Source of the DNA: Amphiscolops sp. MND2022
Lineage: Eukaryota
Direction of reading: 5' to 3'
Assembly: GCA_964187785.1 (NCBI GenBank)
Contig: OZ076409.1
Span: 86,864,001-86,928,000 of the forward strand
Length of the DNA stretch: 64,000 nt
Shown: piece by piece, positions 1 through 15,000 of the stretch
Position numbering within the stretch: the stretch's first letter is position 1
Layout: every line of letters starts with the position of its first letter
The notes under the pieces: generated by a model
Seen by the model: the letters and a program-made list of their open reading frames with translations, nothing else
Told to the model about the DNA's origin: nothing
The model's database searches: none
Position numbers and translations under genes: made by a program

Positions 1-3000
1 TGATCCACCACACACACTATCTTCTCTCCCATCTCGGCTATGGAAGTCTCCAAGCGTTTTTTGTGTCTACCCTGACGCTCTAACTCCTCCACTGTTTCTC
101 TCCTCCTTTCAGCCAGATTTTTTTCAGCTTGTTTCTGAAGCGAACCTCGGATTTTTTCAGAGAACGTATGCAAAAATTTAGAAATCTACAACACCTACAA
201 CTGATATTGATATAGATTAACATAATCGAATTAAAATGGAAATACCGTATTTCTTCGAATAAAAGCCGTATCTTATGAGTTCATATTTTATGTGGTTATG
301 CAGATTCTATTTGAGGGCTGTATGTATTCAGGGACGGCTTGTATTATTAAAATTCTTAAACGTTTTGAGCTGATTTTGAAGTGATAATTTTGGAGCTAAT
401 ATTGTGTTTTCATGTGATTTTTTTTCATAACCGATGTCAAATGAGAAACAAAACCAACTTCTTTTTGTTCTTAGTTGATGAAAATGCTATAAAATAAGGA
501 ATTTCGGTTCTTTTTCCGAAGCGCGTTTCGAATAAGTACTTGGTTTGAATTTTTATCTGTGGCTTCTAAGATTAAATATTTTGACCAAATGAGGCCTCTA
601 ATCGAGAGCGACCCGAAAAGTACGGTTCACGTCCGCGTATAATCAAAATTCGATGTTGGATTGCGCAATTCATTATATTGGAAAGATTTGGGAAATTCCT
701 AATGAAAAAGCATGCAAAAAGGGTTCTCCTTCTTACTTTAGGTGTCTCCAAATCTTCCAATGTCTTCTTAGTAGCAGCAACTTCATTTATTAAGTTGTTG
801 TTCTGAGCTTTCATTCCTGTGGATAAAATTAATGTTGAAATGTAAAATAGCTGGTATTGATCAAATCAGTTGCTTTTGATGACAATTTTAACCTGTAATT
901 TGGCGTTTTCTCTGAGTGTACCGTTCTCCATACGTTTTGTGATCTTCTTGCAGCTTCACGTAAATTGGCGTATCATGAGCTAGTTTTTCTTCTTTAGATG
1001 TCTTGGCTTTTGTATACTTCTCGACGCTAGCCTGGAAACATTTTTATTCACAAAATCAAATGATATGCTCGCTTCAGCTCTTCTGGAAGCAAGAGCACTG
1101 CTCAAAATCATAGACTCCAACATAAAAATTTAGCAACTGAGCAATTTCAGAACATCGCGCATCTGCAGAATCATAATATTGCTATTTTTTCAGAACAAAC
1201 CGGGAAGGACCAAATGGGTGCCTGCTTCAGGCTCAAAAAAGCGAAAATTTTCGAAAATGCTCACGTACAATTATTGAAGAAATTTTCACAAACCTCAGTC
1301 CTAAAAAACCCAGAGGGGTTAGAAAAAAAGCTTTTGGTTATAGGACTTTTTGAAATACATAAAAAAAAGCAGTTGGAAAAATTGAAAATCCAGTCAATGA
1401 AAAATCGAAAGAAGTTGCACAGAACCGAAAAACCTAAAAGGAGGGTCCTTTAGTCTCGCCTTATTTTGCAAACAAAATTTCAGTCCTGCACGGGATTCAA
1501 ACACACCAGGCAGGAAAAAACTTATAAAATCTGCTAGTTCAAGTAGTCTTAGAATAGTCACCGCTCCACTAAGTAGTCTGCATTTTCTATCGGAAGCGCC
1601 GAGAAATTTGTTTTGCAAACCGTAGATTTTATAGCAATACGGCTATTATGAAACAGTTGGTAATTTTTGTCTTGAAATCAATGAAAATTTTGATAAACTT
1701 GGTGCTTTTACAATACTGAGATTCATGTCCCAACCTCGTACATCTTGACATCTTTCTCAAGCTTTTCTCTCATTTTCTGGTAATCTTCTTTGGCCTTTTT
1801 CAGTTTTTCTTGGTTCTGTTTGATCTCAGTTTCAGCTTTTTTCAATGACTTCTGCAACTCTTGCCCTTCTTTCGTCAAAGTCGAATGCTCTTTCTTGCCC
1901 TCTGATATTCTTTTGTTCAGAGTCGACAACTGACGAGCATTTTCAGCTTTCAGTTTTTCCATCTGTTTCAAAATTTCATCCAATTCGTTTTGAAGTTCCT
2001 TCCTAAAAAAACCATTTCAGAAAAATTACGCTAATGAGTTTGAAGGATCTATGAATCAATTCGGGAAAAAATAGAGTTACCACGAAAAAGATTTTTTCTA
2101 GTGTTTCTACTATCAGTCAGAGACAGTCAAGAAAAACTAAACAGTGAGTTCTCTAAAATTGAACTAGATAAAAAATTGGTAACAGTTTTATAACATCCAT
2201 TTTTTAAAAAAAATATCAAATCAGAATCAGCGAGTTTTGTAAAACAACAAGAACACAGCTAAGACCACATAGCTAAAAAAGTTGAAGAGATTTTCGCACG
2301 GAAATAATCAGTTCTGATAACGGTACATACATTGGAAACAGTTTCTGAAAGATAGTTTTTTCCACTGTATTTTTAAAAGCTATTGTGGACCTCTTTGGAT
2401 AGTTTCAATATTGGAAACTATTTGCCAGCTTTCGCTCTAAATTTGAAGACTAACAATGTCAAATTGGACATTTTGAATAGTTTATCCATGGTGATATGGG
2501 TACTTTTCCATAGCTCAGAGATGAATTTAAGAAATCTTCGAAGCATAAACATCACATAAAGAAACCCAACTAAAACCTGAAACATTAGTTCTAGTCAGGA
2601 CTAGAAAAAACTGCGACTATACATAGAAAAAAACTGCGTCTATACATAGATTATAACAGACTTGACACAGAGATCCATTCACGGTCTATAAAGTTCTTCA
2701 GAACTCACTCAATTTGAGAAGAAAATGAGAAAAGTTCTTCTGAGGATATGCTCAGACTTTTCATTTGCTTCCAAAATTGTATATCAGAAGCCAGAGCTTC
2801 CGAAACACCTTCTGGAATACAAGGCAATACATCCAGAATATCATTTGCATCTATAGACGCATCTGGAAGAAGGGCCTGGTCTGAATAACTTGTGCCCTCT
2901 TTTTGAGACGGACCATCCAGACTAGGTGCTGAAGATAGGTCCAGGGATGTTTTATTGGACGAGTCACCCGCCACTGATGCGACTAGTGACGTTTTGTGGC

Positions 3001-6000
3001 TGCTGCAAAGGTCAAACTTGTGAAGTTGAAGTTTTCGAGAGAATTGGAAAAACTAACAAGAATTTCTCCCAAAACGTGAGGATGATTTTAAAGAAAGAAA
3101 GAATGACAATACCTCAATGATTGCACGTCGGCGAGTTTTTCTTTCAGGGCGTCCGCTTCGGAGTTTTTGACCTTCATCGCTGAGCTGAAAAACAACTACT
3201 GTTATTAAACGTGTCAATGGATGTTCAATTCTTACCATGCAGGAATATTTAGCATGTGATTTCAGTCCACACCAAACTATCCAAACCATGCGTGACCCAT
3301 ATCAGAAATACAGATTTCAGAAAAAGAAAAATGTATAATTGATTACAAAGCAAACACGCCAACTCGAACATAAAATTTCGTTGTCACTTTAAAAATCGCC
3401 GAATGCAGCAACAGTTTCAACGCAGATGTTGAATTTTTTCTCGTCAATTCGACGAGGAATGAAAAAAGACGATTTTTGATGAGAGCTCTTGGTAACTACA
3501 ATAATGACCACTCGAACTTCCAAATTTCTAAAGATTTCTTTGTATTTTGTTCTACTTCTTTTCAACACTGAGAGTTTTACAACATTTTCTAAAAACTAAT
3601 TTCAGTTTTGAGCTGTTTTCAGTTAGGGAGAAACAATTTCTGGGAAAAGAGCCGCAAGGGTGTCCCCTTATGGTGTTTTTGGTACTGTGAGATTAATAAA
3701 AGTTTTCTCTTTTGGTACAGCTTGCATTTCTTGATTTGCTACCCACAATCGTTGGCACAGATATTTCAGGAAAACTTGAATTGGTGATCCCATCTGTCTT
3801 GATCAATTTCAATAATGAGTTTTCCCTAGTTAGGTTACGTTGATTACCCAAGTTCTGATTCGATTCGGGGAATTCCCCAAGTTTTCTTGGGGTTTCTAAC
3901 TCCGGTGGTCCCGTTTAGTCTACTGGAACCGTGGTCCGCATTTCCCTCAAACCCTGCCATTTGGCTACCAATAGTATTTTGAATTGCGGGAAGTACCTTT
4001 CCATTTTTTGCTGAGTTGTTAGAGTCTAAAATCTGCGTATTTAAATCTCTTTTCAGCTCGTTTAATTTTCTGGAGACTTGGCTTGTGATCTCAGAGTTTA
4101 TATCTCAATGGCGATTTCACCGTTTTCCCTGCTGTTTGTATTTAATAGTGATCTAAAATCCTCGCTATTTTGGATCATTCTTGCCTAGGTCTATTGGACT
4201 GAGGGTCCATTTGGTTATTTCTACCTTCATTTATGGTCACCCTCCAATTCATGTGCTCGGAAACCACCTAACAACACGTCCATATTCACTATATCAGACA
4301 TGAGGTCTAATTACCTCACTTTTCGGAGCGCTTTTCTTTGGTTTTCTGTTTTCTAGTTGAAGGAATCAAGGAAATGTTTATTCAGCAATACTTTGTTGGA
4401 CTCGTATTGTATCAATCAATTTCGCGGAGTTATACAATTTCAAACGAGAGAGTCAATAGAAGGAACTGATTGAGAAGATACATCAAAACGGTATTGAGTT
4501 GCAGTTGGGTTGGAATATCAGAATTGTGTCCCTTGGACTACGAGGTGGTCCTCTTATTTATAGTAGGAAAAACATGGCACTCAATATTAATGGCGGTAAT
4601 GTTACCAAAAATAGCGTCCAAGTTGGACCAAACGTCATTATTGCATCAATATGAAATCATCACATAAACAGAAACTTCACAGGATTTGGAAGCTATAAAT
4701 AGATCAGAGGCACGCCTTTAAGTCTACTATTTTCATCGACAGGCCCTTCACAGGCGTTTATCTACATGTGCAGTAGCTGATACAAATACTAATTTGTATG
4801 CCATGGACCGACGGTCCAATTGACTAATTGCAACTATATGAATAAGCACGTTCTCAAATGTGGTTGGTTAATTCAAAGAGTTGACCACGCGTCTAATAGA
4901 CTAGCACTGACTTATATTTGAACGCGTTTCCTTCAACTTTACATGTTGCATTGATTAAGCAATATACGTATCCTGTAACTAAATACAGCTAATTCTTCTG
5001 GTTTTTATGACAATTAACAAGTCTACTGTTATAAATAAAATAACAAAAGCGTACAAAGTCTTGGATAATAAGAATATACATTTCGTACAAAATCAGTTTG
5101 TTGTTTTAAAGGATCGACTGTCCATTTGACCTAGTGTGGCAGAACTCCTGGTTGCATAGGGAAATTGCTGCTATTGTTGGGGGCTACTTCGTAGTAGTTG
5201 CCACCGTGGAAGCCTGCGATACCATCACTGCTGGGATTTTGAAAACAAGTGGTTTGAAGTTATCCAGTTTTGCTTCTGTTTTCAACTCCTCTGCGTCTTC
5301 AGCGCTGACAGGACTTTTCGCTTATGTAATTTCGAACCATGCCTTTTCAACTGTTGCCATTTCAACCGCTGACAATTTTATCCCATTGCATCTTCAACTT
5401 TCCACAATTTGACTTAAAAAGATTGAAATCGTGGGCAGTTGAAATGGCAACGGTTGAAATTACATAGTGCGAAATGTCCTGAAACCACCGGAATTATCAA
5501 GGGAACCATTCTAGTAAAATTATCACTCATAATATTTTAACACACCATTCCAGTCTCACCTGACTTGATCGGGGATGATGATAATTGTCATGTTCGTGAT
5601 GGAACTGGCATACAAAATTGTAATAAAAACATCCATAATTTTGCAAGAATTACACAGTAAAAACGCCCGTTCTAGTGGACAATTTAGATTCTCTGACTTA
5701 CATTAAAGTTAATTCTGAAGAAGTTGGCTATCAAAGTTATCACCGTAGACTTCGCGTAATTCCACACCCCATAATCCACGAGAAAGGTGTGCAATTAGGC
5801 AGAGTACAATTTTGCGGAGTAAATCATACATCTTATAGACGAGACGGGAATTGAAAATTACACGATGTGCAATCACAGAGCCTACTGTATTTTGTTGTAG
5901 CCGTCGTTTAGGCCGAACAGGATTATAGCCGCTTGACATTTTAGCCGAATCTACATAAAGGAACTTCGTTTCTTCTCAGTGCATTTGATTGTTACATAAT

Positions 6001-9000
6001 AGTTACGAAATCGAAGGGGTTTGGCCAATTAAAATCGAGAATTCAATCATTCTGCAACAATACTTTTCGCTTTTAATCCTGTTCGGCTATAATCCATACC
6101 ACCGTATTTTCACCATTTCTTAAGTAGCAAAATTAGATAAAATAAATTGTCTCTAGCCAATATAGAAATTTGGTAACCAGAAAACTTTTTCTCACAACTT
6201 CATCGCTCATATCTTCAGTATTTATTGCTTCCATATAGAGCTAAATGAATCATTTTATTCAAAAACCATATAGTTCCTGCGCAGAATCTATTAATTTCTT
6301 CTATACTTCGGACAAATTCATTCGAAATGGTTCCAATTTTGTCACAGCACTTTTGTCATTGCCTAACGCCCCAATTAAAAACTATAATTAACCCCTTGAT
6401 TTCCATGCTCTGGCCATTCGACAGTTCCTGTCTCTGAATAACATTTAGCATCGTCTCAAATGAGCATTTGACTAGTTCGAGGCCACGTATAAATTCAGCG
6501 AAGTTGAATGACATAAATCCCGAAAAAACTTCAAAATTCTCAAGAAGTTTCAGTTTTTGAATATCATGGTGTAATTATTAAAACATTCGACTTGTGTTGA
6601 TGCGGAATCAATTTCGAATCTCCCAAAACTCGACATTGTTGATCGATCGATTGAACAACTTGAGTTTTCCATCCCTAGTTACGAGCATCCCTAGCTACGG
6701 TACCATGCACAAAAATGGTACCGTAGGTTGCAATGAGGGAAAGCTCGGACTTGGAAGTACCAAATGGGGAGTCCCTCACGCCGTGGATTATGAACTGGCT
6801 TTTTTAACTGAGCTTTCAATGGTTTAATGCAACTGGTTTACAGTTTTTATTTTCGTGGGTTTTAGCATCTACAGAGTTCAACAACAAAATTAGCTACTTA
6901 GCATACCTTGTATAGAAAACTAAGTTTTTGTTTTCAAAAATAGGTAAATAATGAGCCAAAATGTATTTTAAAATCTCAATTTTTGACCGTTGTAAGCATC
7001 GTTGTAATTTTTGGCTACGATCGAGCCTTAAGAATCAGTTGTTGCTAAAATAGTTTGGGCGAAAAATATCCCGCTGTTGAGAGGGCGTCTTGTTTTTACT
7101 TTTTTTTGCTGCGATTGAAGGAATCCTATATTTTTAAAATTCCACCAATAATTTTCATTGAATGGAATATTTTCCCAGTTTTTACTCTTTAGCTATTTTT
7201 AGTCGGCGCTTTTCTAGTGAAAAGTGCCCGACTCTTACAGTGGCTAGTTTTTTTATTTCTTTTTTTTTCGTCAGACCACAGACCTCATCTCGTATGTACC
7301 ACTTTTTACAGAAACTGATAAAACTACTCAGGCCAAGTCCGGCCAATGCAAACTTAGTGCAAAGGGTCCCCCCTTTCATTTTTAACCTTTTTTACGTAAC
7401 CTACAAAACCAGAAGAGACTAAAGGGTCTCCCATTTCATTTTTTTCGGCACTGTGCGACTTTTTTCGAAATTTTTTCAATGTCTCAGAAGAGTCCCCATT
7501 TCGAGTTTTTTGATATTTTGCAACAGAATATGTTAATAAAGCCCAAAGGGTCCCCCTTTTACATTTTTCGGCACTATGCGACATTTTCTGAAAGAAAAAA
7601 ATCAAAAATTTCAAGTTTTTTTTTAAAAAAAGTCTTTTGCCCTTTTTGAGCCTTAGATATAGCGCCGACTTTAGACGTTCCCGTCTTGTTTCACCAAGTG
7701 GTAACTTACTCATGTGTTTCCTGGATAGCTTGTATTTCGGATTCGTATTGTTCGTTTTCGGCCATGAGTCGGCTTGATTCGTCGGTCAAGTCGCTAATTG
7801 CCTTCTGCTGATCAGTGGCTTGTTCCTTCAATTTTTTGATAGAATCATTGTCTGCCTTTTTTTCTTCATTCGCTAGTCTCAAATCTGAAACCATATCGAA
7901 AGCATGGTTACTTTTTTTCCTGTTTGGGGGAAAACTTCGAATTTGCGTCCGAATAAGTAGCCCAATGACGCTCAGATATCTTCAAATTGTTTGGAAATAT
8001 GAAGAGACTCATGACAGCTTTGGGAGCGCCAAAAAGCTGTTCGAATTCAACAAAGGTACATACAATTGATATTTGAAATTTTGAATTCTGAAACTTTTCT
8101 TTTGAGTGCCCATCAGCTCTGGATAGGAAAGTTCTAGGAGAATTTACAAAGAATATGCTATAGAGAACGTTTTTTTTATATTTCGTTTTTTTATGAACGT
8201 CTCTTCATATTTCCAAATAATTTGAAGATATCTGAATGTCCTTGGGCTGCTTGTTTGGACGCAAATTCGAAGTTGCGGTAGTAACTAGCATTTGATCTCT
8301 CTTTGCGATTCTAAATCCTCGTTCTTTTCCACTTTCAACTTTCATAGTTGCCAAGATAATCCACGCAACATGGCATTGTATTTGAGCTCTAGAGAAGTAA
8401 ACAAGCCGGGAACGGCTCAAGTCGGCGCCATATCTAAGGCTCAAAATGACGAAAACCACTTTTTCTACAACTGGAGACAACAAAAGCTCTCAAAAAACTA
8501 AAAATTGAGAAAATTTCCGAATTTTTTTCGGAATTTTTTTGAAGTTTCCGGTAAGTCGCATAGTGCCGAAAAATGTAAAAGGGGGGACGCTTTGGGATTT
8601 TTGAACATCCATTCTGTTGCAAAATATCAAAAATTGATGAGAGGAACAATTAAAAAAATTCGGAAAAAAATCAGTCTCACAGTGCCGAAAAAAAGGAGGA
8701 AAGTCTCATAGTGTCGAAAAAGTGGACCCTTCTGCTTTGGAATGGCTTTTTATCTCATGTTAGAGGCTTTGGATGCGTTGAAAATGAAGTACTAAGTACA
8801 TATGGTAAAAGTTGGTAAATGTGCATTAATGCACAAAAAGTGGACGTTACGCATAGAACTGACGAAAAAAAACTAGCCACTGTAAGAGTCGGGATTTTCG
8901 CCGACTAAAAACGCCGACTAAAAATAGCCTTTGATGTTTTTCGCCACTGCGAGATAAATTTGTTCATAATTATTTCCAGTTTTCTTTTTTCACTTCTCGG

Positions 9001-12000
9001 CCACGCTGATACTAATTAAGGTGTATTATGTCTTGGTTGTTGGGACTTGATTTTTTCCCCACTCTTAAGTTAGTTTTATTTACCTGCATGAAGTTTGGCG
9101 TTTCGTTTCTTAAGTTTTGTGTTGTCTTCAATGACAGACTCCGATTTTTGTTGAATCTGAAACAGTTAAAACTTCTCTCACTGGAATTTTTCAATTGCTA
9201 CAACTCGCAGTTAATTTGATATTTCCTTTTGCTAATTAAAGACCAAACGCTAACGGAAATTATTGAACTTATTGAAACTTCGTTTTTTGATTGGCTAACA
9301 GACAAAATTTCTCACAATGGAAACTTTGCAACAAATAGTCAAGTTTAGAAATCTATATATTCAATTTGAAACTCGTGATTAATTTGAAGTTACCTCTTTA
9401 ATCTGCAGTTCTAGCTTTTCCTTTGACTCTGTATGAGCCATCTGCTGTTCGAAGTCTTTGCGAGATACTTCAATCAGTTCCACTCTGAGTCTTTCGTTGT
9501 CTCTTCTTAGAAATTCCAGTCTCTCTTCCAGACTTTCTTCTTTCGCTTTTAACTCCTCGCAATTTTTCTCTATCATCGTAGTTGACTAGAAAAACATCAA
9601 CAGACTCGTGTACAGACAAAAGCGACTCGCTAATTTTTGAGCTGATTTCATCGCATCAAATCAAATCTAATTCATGTTGGGTGTTCAAACAAAATAATTA
9701 TTCACAGGTAATGCCATGTTTAACATTTTCACACCTAACAAATTCTAATTGAAAACGACATAAATTGTTAATTTTGACATTTCTGCCAACAAAATATTAA
9801 TTTCTCCATGAATTTCTCAATACTGTTTTAAAATGAAAAACTCATAATTATTTAATTGGAGTGAGGAAATTAAAGTTGGTGGCGGAAAAGAGTCAACAAA
9901 TCCCATACAGCCTCTGATTGGAGCATTTATGATTGGAGCACTTTTTACTGTATATTTTGGTCGCGTTTGACTGGGGCACTTTTGGTATACCACAAAATAT
10001 TAAATGCTCAAAGAGAAACGAAAAAGAATGAAGTTTTCATGATAAATGGTTCAATGTACTTTTGTAAAAACTCTATTAAGTTCATGGTATTCTTTGATTG
10101 TTGAATTGATCATAATTTCAAACTTTCTGTATATCCACCAATTTGACTAGTTTTTGACACCCTACCCGTGTTTTGATGAGCAGGCGCTCTCGTTTTTCCT
10201 CCAGCTCTTTCCTCAAAGCGTCCAGTTCTTCTTTCTTGACACTGTTCTCCTTTTCTTGCTCTTTGATGTTTTTCTTTGTTTCGTCTATCTCTTTCTTCAG
10301 CTCTCGTTTCTGCTTTTTCGTGTCAGCTCTCTCTTGAGCCAACATCTTATCGAGTTCTTTTAGATCATCTTCGAGATCTGCGATCTGGAAACATCATTTC
10401 ACATGCACTTCCCTGGTTGACAAAAAATACATTTCTTGCAAGATATTTCAAGGAAATTTTACTTACTCGAAACATTCAAAATGGGCATTTCAACTTGGCT
10501 CGAAGAAAATGTCGGGCTCCACATTTTCATTTGAAGAAGCATGCAAACTTATGTTTCCTTACAATAAATTTGCATGGATAGGTTTTTCCTTACACGAATC
10601 TTGTAAGGATTTTTTTCTTCGAAGAATCATGCACGCTGTCTAGCAGAAAAATGCTTTACCTTGAAAGATCTTGCAACAAAATCTTACAATAACCTTGCAA
10701 AATTCAACTACAGTAGGGGGCTTTTATAATGACCCTGAGGGGCAGTTGATTTTAATGTCGGTATAGAAACCGTCGTTATAAAGATAGTCGTTACAAGCAT
10801 TTGTTATATGACAGGAACTCGGAAAATGGTCGTTATAAACGCTCGTCGTTATAAAGCACTCCGTTATAAACACCCCCTGCTGTAAATTGTTTGCTTTTTT
10901 AAATATTGAAGATCATTGTTTATATCACAGCAGATTCCCAACTTCAATGATATTTCCTAACTGGTCCTTACAGTTTGATGTGCCTCTCGGAGTTGATCTC
11001 TAGTGTCGTTGAGCAGAATCTGTTTGCTGAAATTGGAAACAGTTGCCATTTCGAACTTTTTTCCGAACCATAATTGAATATATTTCCCAATTACCTGGCC
11101 TTTTCCTGAAGGGTTTGGTTAAGATGAGTCACCACGTCCTCGTGGCGCTCATGTAACTTGTCTCGTTGAGGACTGAAATGAGAGAAAGGCTTTCAAGGCA
11201 GCTGTTACGCTAAAGAATTTCGAAGCTACTTCAAACAGTGAACGTTGTTTATTATTTAGAAGCTATCGATCGATATTACAGTTAATTGACTCGTGTACTG
11301 AAAATGTGTATCGTGTTTTTCGGGTATTTTCGTATATTGCATCGGTATCGTGTACAAACAAGCCGGGACCGACCCAAGTCGGCGGACCGCCCAAGTTTCA
11401 AAAAACCAAGATTCTTAAATATGCAAAAGACACTTTTTTAACTAAAACTTTATCAATTTCTCAGTGCCGAAAAATACTCGAAGAGATACGCATAAGGCTC
11501 GAAAACAACTTTTCCCACACTGCAAACAAAAACATTTTTTGATTTTTTTGTAAAAAATCTCGAAGTGCCGAAAATGGAATCCAATTCCCTATGACTAAAA
11601 AAATAATAAATGAGGTTGCCGAGTGAACTTTGACGTATCAACATGGCCGTTTCTGTCACGGTGAACTTTGCAACATGGCCATCGTTCAAGTGGCTGAAGA
11701 AATAATTAGCATAATGCATTCTTGAAACAATTGAAACTTAGAAAATGTCCTCAATCACAGAAAATCCTTTATTCCTTAATAATCAATGCTTTGTTTCGAA
11801 CCTATATTGTTTGAATTATCATTGTTTCATGCTGTAAAGACACTTCATTCTTTGAGTTCCAAATCTTCAATATACTAAATGTACACTGTCATTTTTATGT
11901 CCGGAAATTGTATTGATCTCAGCATCATTTTCAATTCCAATCCACACGGCCTAGTTTTTCAGAGCAGAGAGCTGTGCTTCTCTGAAATTCTTGGCTACTG

Positions 12001-15000
12001 CTTCAAGAAAACACAGAACTTTCACTGATCTCTGATCAAGTAGTGAACCTTCTGAAAGCAAATCAAGCACCGAGATTTGCTCGCTTAATACTCCTTCCTC
12101 ACTCTCCCCTTTCGCTTGCAATTCTAAGACAAGAGAACCTTCACTTGAAACATTGAGGAAACACCGTTCACTCACAGCGGGAACACATAACTTTCACAAG
12201 ATATGGACAGTACTGAGTGGTCCTAGTGTTTGGTTCTCTTCGAGCGGCTAAGTTGACCCCACATCAACATCGAGCGTAGCTAAGGCCTAAGTTCTAAGTC
12301 TATGTTCCTAAGCTTTTCTTAGCTAGTGTGAAATCTTTGCTGGCAAAACTTTACCAAAAAGGCGGCTTTCATTCAACGAAGATTCGCGAAACTTTTATTT
12401 CTTTCACGAATTGTTTTTGTCTAAGATAAGGCATTATCTTACTTGTCTAACCACAAGAGATCGCATTTCTCTTCAGGTACTATTTTCCTCAACACTTCGT
12501 TTCGCGCAACTATTTGACTGCTTTTTTCTGAACATCTTTCGAACGCGTGTTTTTTTCTATTTTTCGCGTTTATTTTTTTGCTGGTCCGCCGTTCCTTTTC
12601 GCTCTCTCCTTTAGTCTCTTTTGCTACGAAATCGAGGCCACTCTTAGGACTCAGAAAAATGTTTTCATTACAGAAAATCTCAAAAAAGTTGAAAAATAGA
12701 TGGACATTTTTTTCATTTTTTTTCTCAAAAAGTTTTCCATGGATCGCATGGCACCGAAAAACTATGAGGAGGATCTCGAAGCTAACAAAACGCTTTGTTT
12801 ATAATAAAAATTTAGGGCTTCAATAAAAAACAAGCGGTACTTTTAGGGATAAGGGAAATGATTGAAGAAAAGACACCAAAACCATTCAAATCAATAACAA
12901 AGTATGATGAAGTATTAAACATGAAATAGCTGTTCGGTCAAGTTGAAAAAGAATTAAGTCTTACAAGAATGGTTATATCTGGTTTGCGTTAAATCCGTCA
13001 AATTGTCGAGGGGGACTCCTTTTCACTTCTTACAGCTCAAATTTAGTATGTACTTGGCCAAAAGGGACTTTGCCATTTGCCAAAATTGAAGATCTTTTGG
13101 TAAAACCAGTTTGAACAGTTCAAGTGTATCGAAACAAAACTGACAAAAAGCCATGACTATAGTCGCTCTTTTTCGAAGAAAAACGTCGACTAAAAATTTA
13201 TCATGTACGGTAACGTGTTTCGATTCAGAAGGAGCAAATTTTTTGGTAAAAGCCTGCTTTGTCTGTCAGCACATCTCAAATTACGAAAGAACTTCCTCAT
13301 CATTATTGATCCAGAAGTGACCAGAATTGACAAGGTCTCCGGAACTAGATTTTTGATGCCTTTTTCCAGTCTCTTTTTCTCGCCGGAATGTCACCTTCAT
13401 TTCATACCTTTACGAGTTATTTTCGTGTCCGAGCGCATCCCGAATGATTTTCATACTCAATTTGGAAGCCAATAAAATAGCTTCATTTTCTCTTTTAAAA
13501 GGTGAATTCTGAGCAAATCGGTAGTTCGTGTAACGGTACCAGAGAAAGCGTGTATTCCGGTACGGTACATGTACCAACGTCAATTCACTGCACTAGCATT
13601 TGGTTGATCATTTGCAGGGAGGGACCTTAGAAGAATGCGTGCATGGTAAGGTAAGATTGCTCCGATATGTTGTCATAATATCTTTAAAGAATTCATATTG
13701 GTAGTTATCATGCAGCGCCATGCAAGTTAGCCCAATTGCGTGTAAAGGAAGTACCGTTTATCGAAAAACTTTCGTGAGTTCAGAAGGTAACTTACTGCAA
13801 ATGAACGTTTTCTTTGTCCACTGAATCCAGACGTCCCTTCATTTCATTCATGTTGACTTCAATCTGCTTCAGTATGTCCTGAAAAAAAACATTCAAAATT
13901 GATTCAAACATTCATTCTTTCATTTCAATTTATATGTATTTCGGTTTTTATGATTTTATGAAATGATGCCAATCAAAGAAAAATTTTCTTTCATTCAAAA
14001 TTGATAGACACTACTTGTGCTGATACTACGGTCAGTTGAGTTATTTCTAGTTCTTTCAACAGATTAGTTGTAACAGCTGGGTTTAATATCATGTCACAGC
14101 ACGTTCATTTCGCCACATCTTTATTTCATCCAATTACTGTGAATAACTGTGAATGAAAATACCCCTTGGTTGACCCATTCCCCCATGGCCCAAAAGACAA
14201 GCTTTTTTATTCAAGCACAAAGTCAATTGCCGAAAATCAGAAATTTGAACAGCGATTTTTTTTAAATGGCTGTTATTTCGAACTCGAAACAAAAGTTCTC
14301 TTCAATATTGAGTAATTAAAGTGCATGTTGAAAGGAATTTGGGTGAAATAAGCGCGCAGCTGACTATGCCTACAGATTACATGGTTCTTTAAATGTCAAT
14401 AGAAACCATTCAATGTCAAAGTAAACCTTTGAAGTTTCTTCGAAGTTCGATGCAAATTTTGAAGGATCTTGAAGGAATGCATTCTTATAAACCTAAGGAA
14501 CCAACAGCTTACAGTCAGTTAACATTTCTGATGAGTCATTGTTGTCAAAGTTTTGACGTTGAAAAGTGAGAGGCTCATAGTGAAATCATCAAACTGAAGC
14601 GCCAACTTAATTGCATTCAAACTATTAAAACATGAACTGACCTCGAGTTCTTGAATTCTCGACGTATTCGATTCCCTGGCTAGTCTGACAGAAGCTGAAA
14701 TGCAAAATTTAGAGAAGTTAACTAAAGGTGGGAAATGATCACCATTTGGAAATGACTGACTCTACTTGATTCTGCAAGCACGTAACTTGATTATGCTTCC
14801 TTAAAAACTTCCATGTTGAACTAGAACTACCTTTGATCTCCCTCTGGATCTGAGAGGGGAGGAAGTAGAGGTGATAGCGGATGGCACTGGCGTTGATTGT
14901 CTCTGTCTCGAAGTTCTCCCGTAACTTCACACACTCCTCGTGCTGAAATAGTTATCGCTATTCTGTTGAATTTTCTTTTTCGGATCTCTTTCACTATGTC

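Noticed and set aside
7162..8711. Several ORF-track entries (for example 7354-7713, 8205-8483, 8505-8711)
   Set aside because: They are chance frames through HINE and foldback repeats.
14739..14830. Extension of exon 14831-14942 to the stop at 14739
   Set aside because: The phase-1 donor at 14830 (AAAG|gtagtt) joins the next exon in frame; later donors fit less well.
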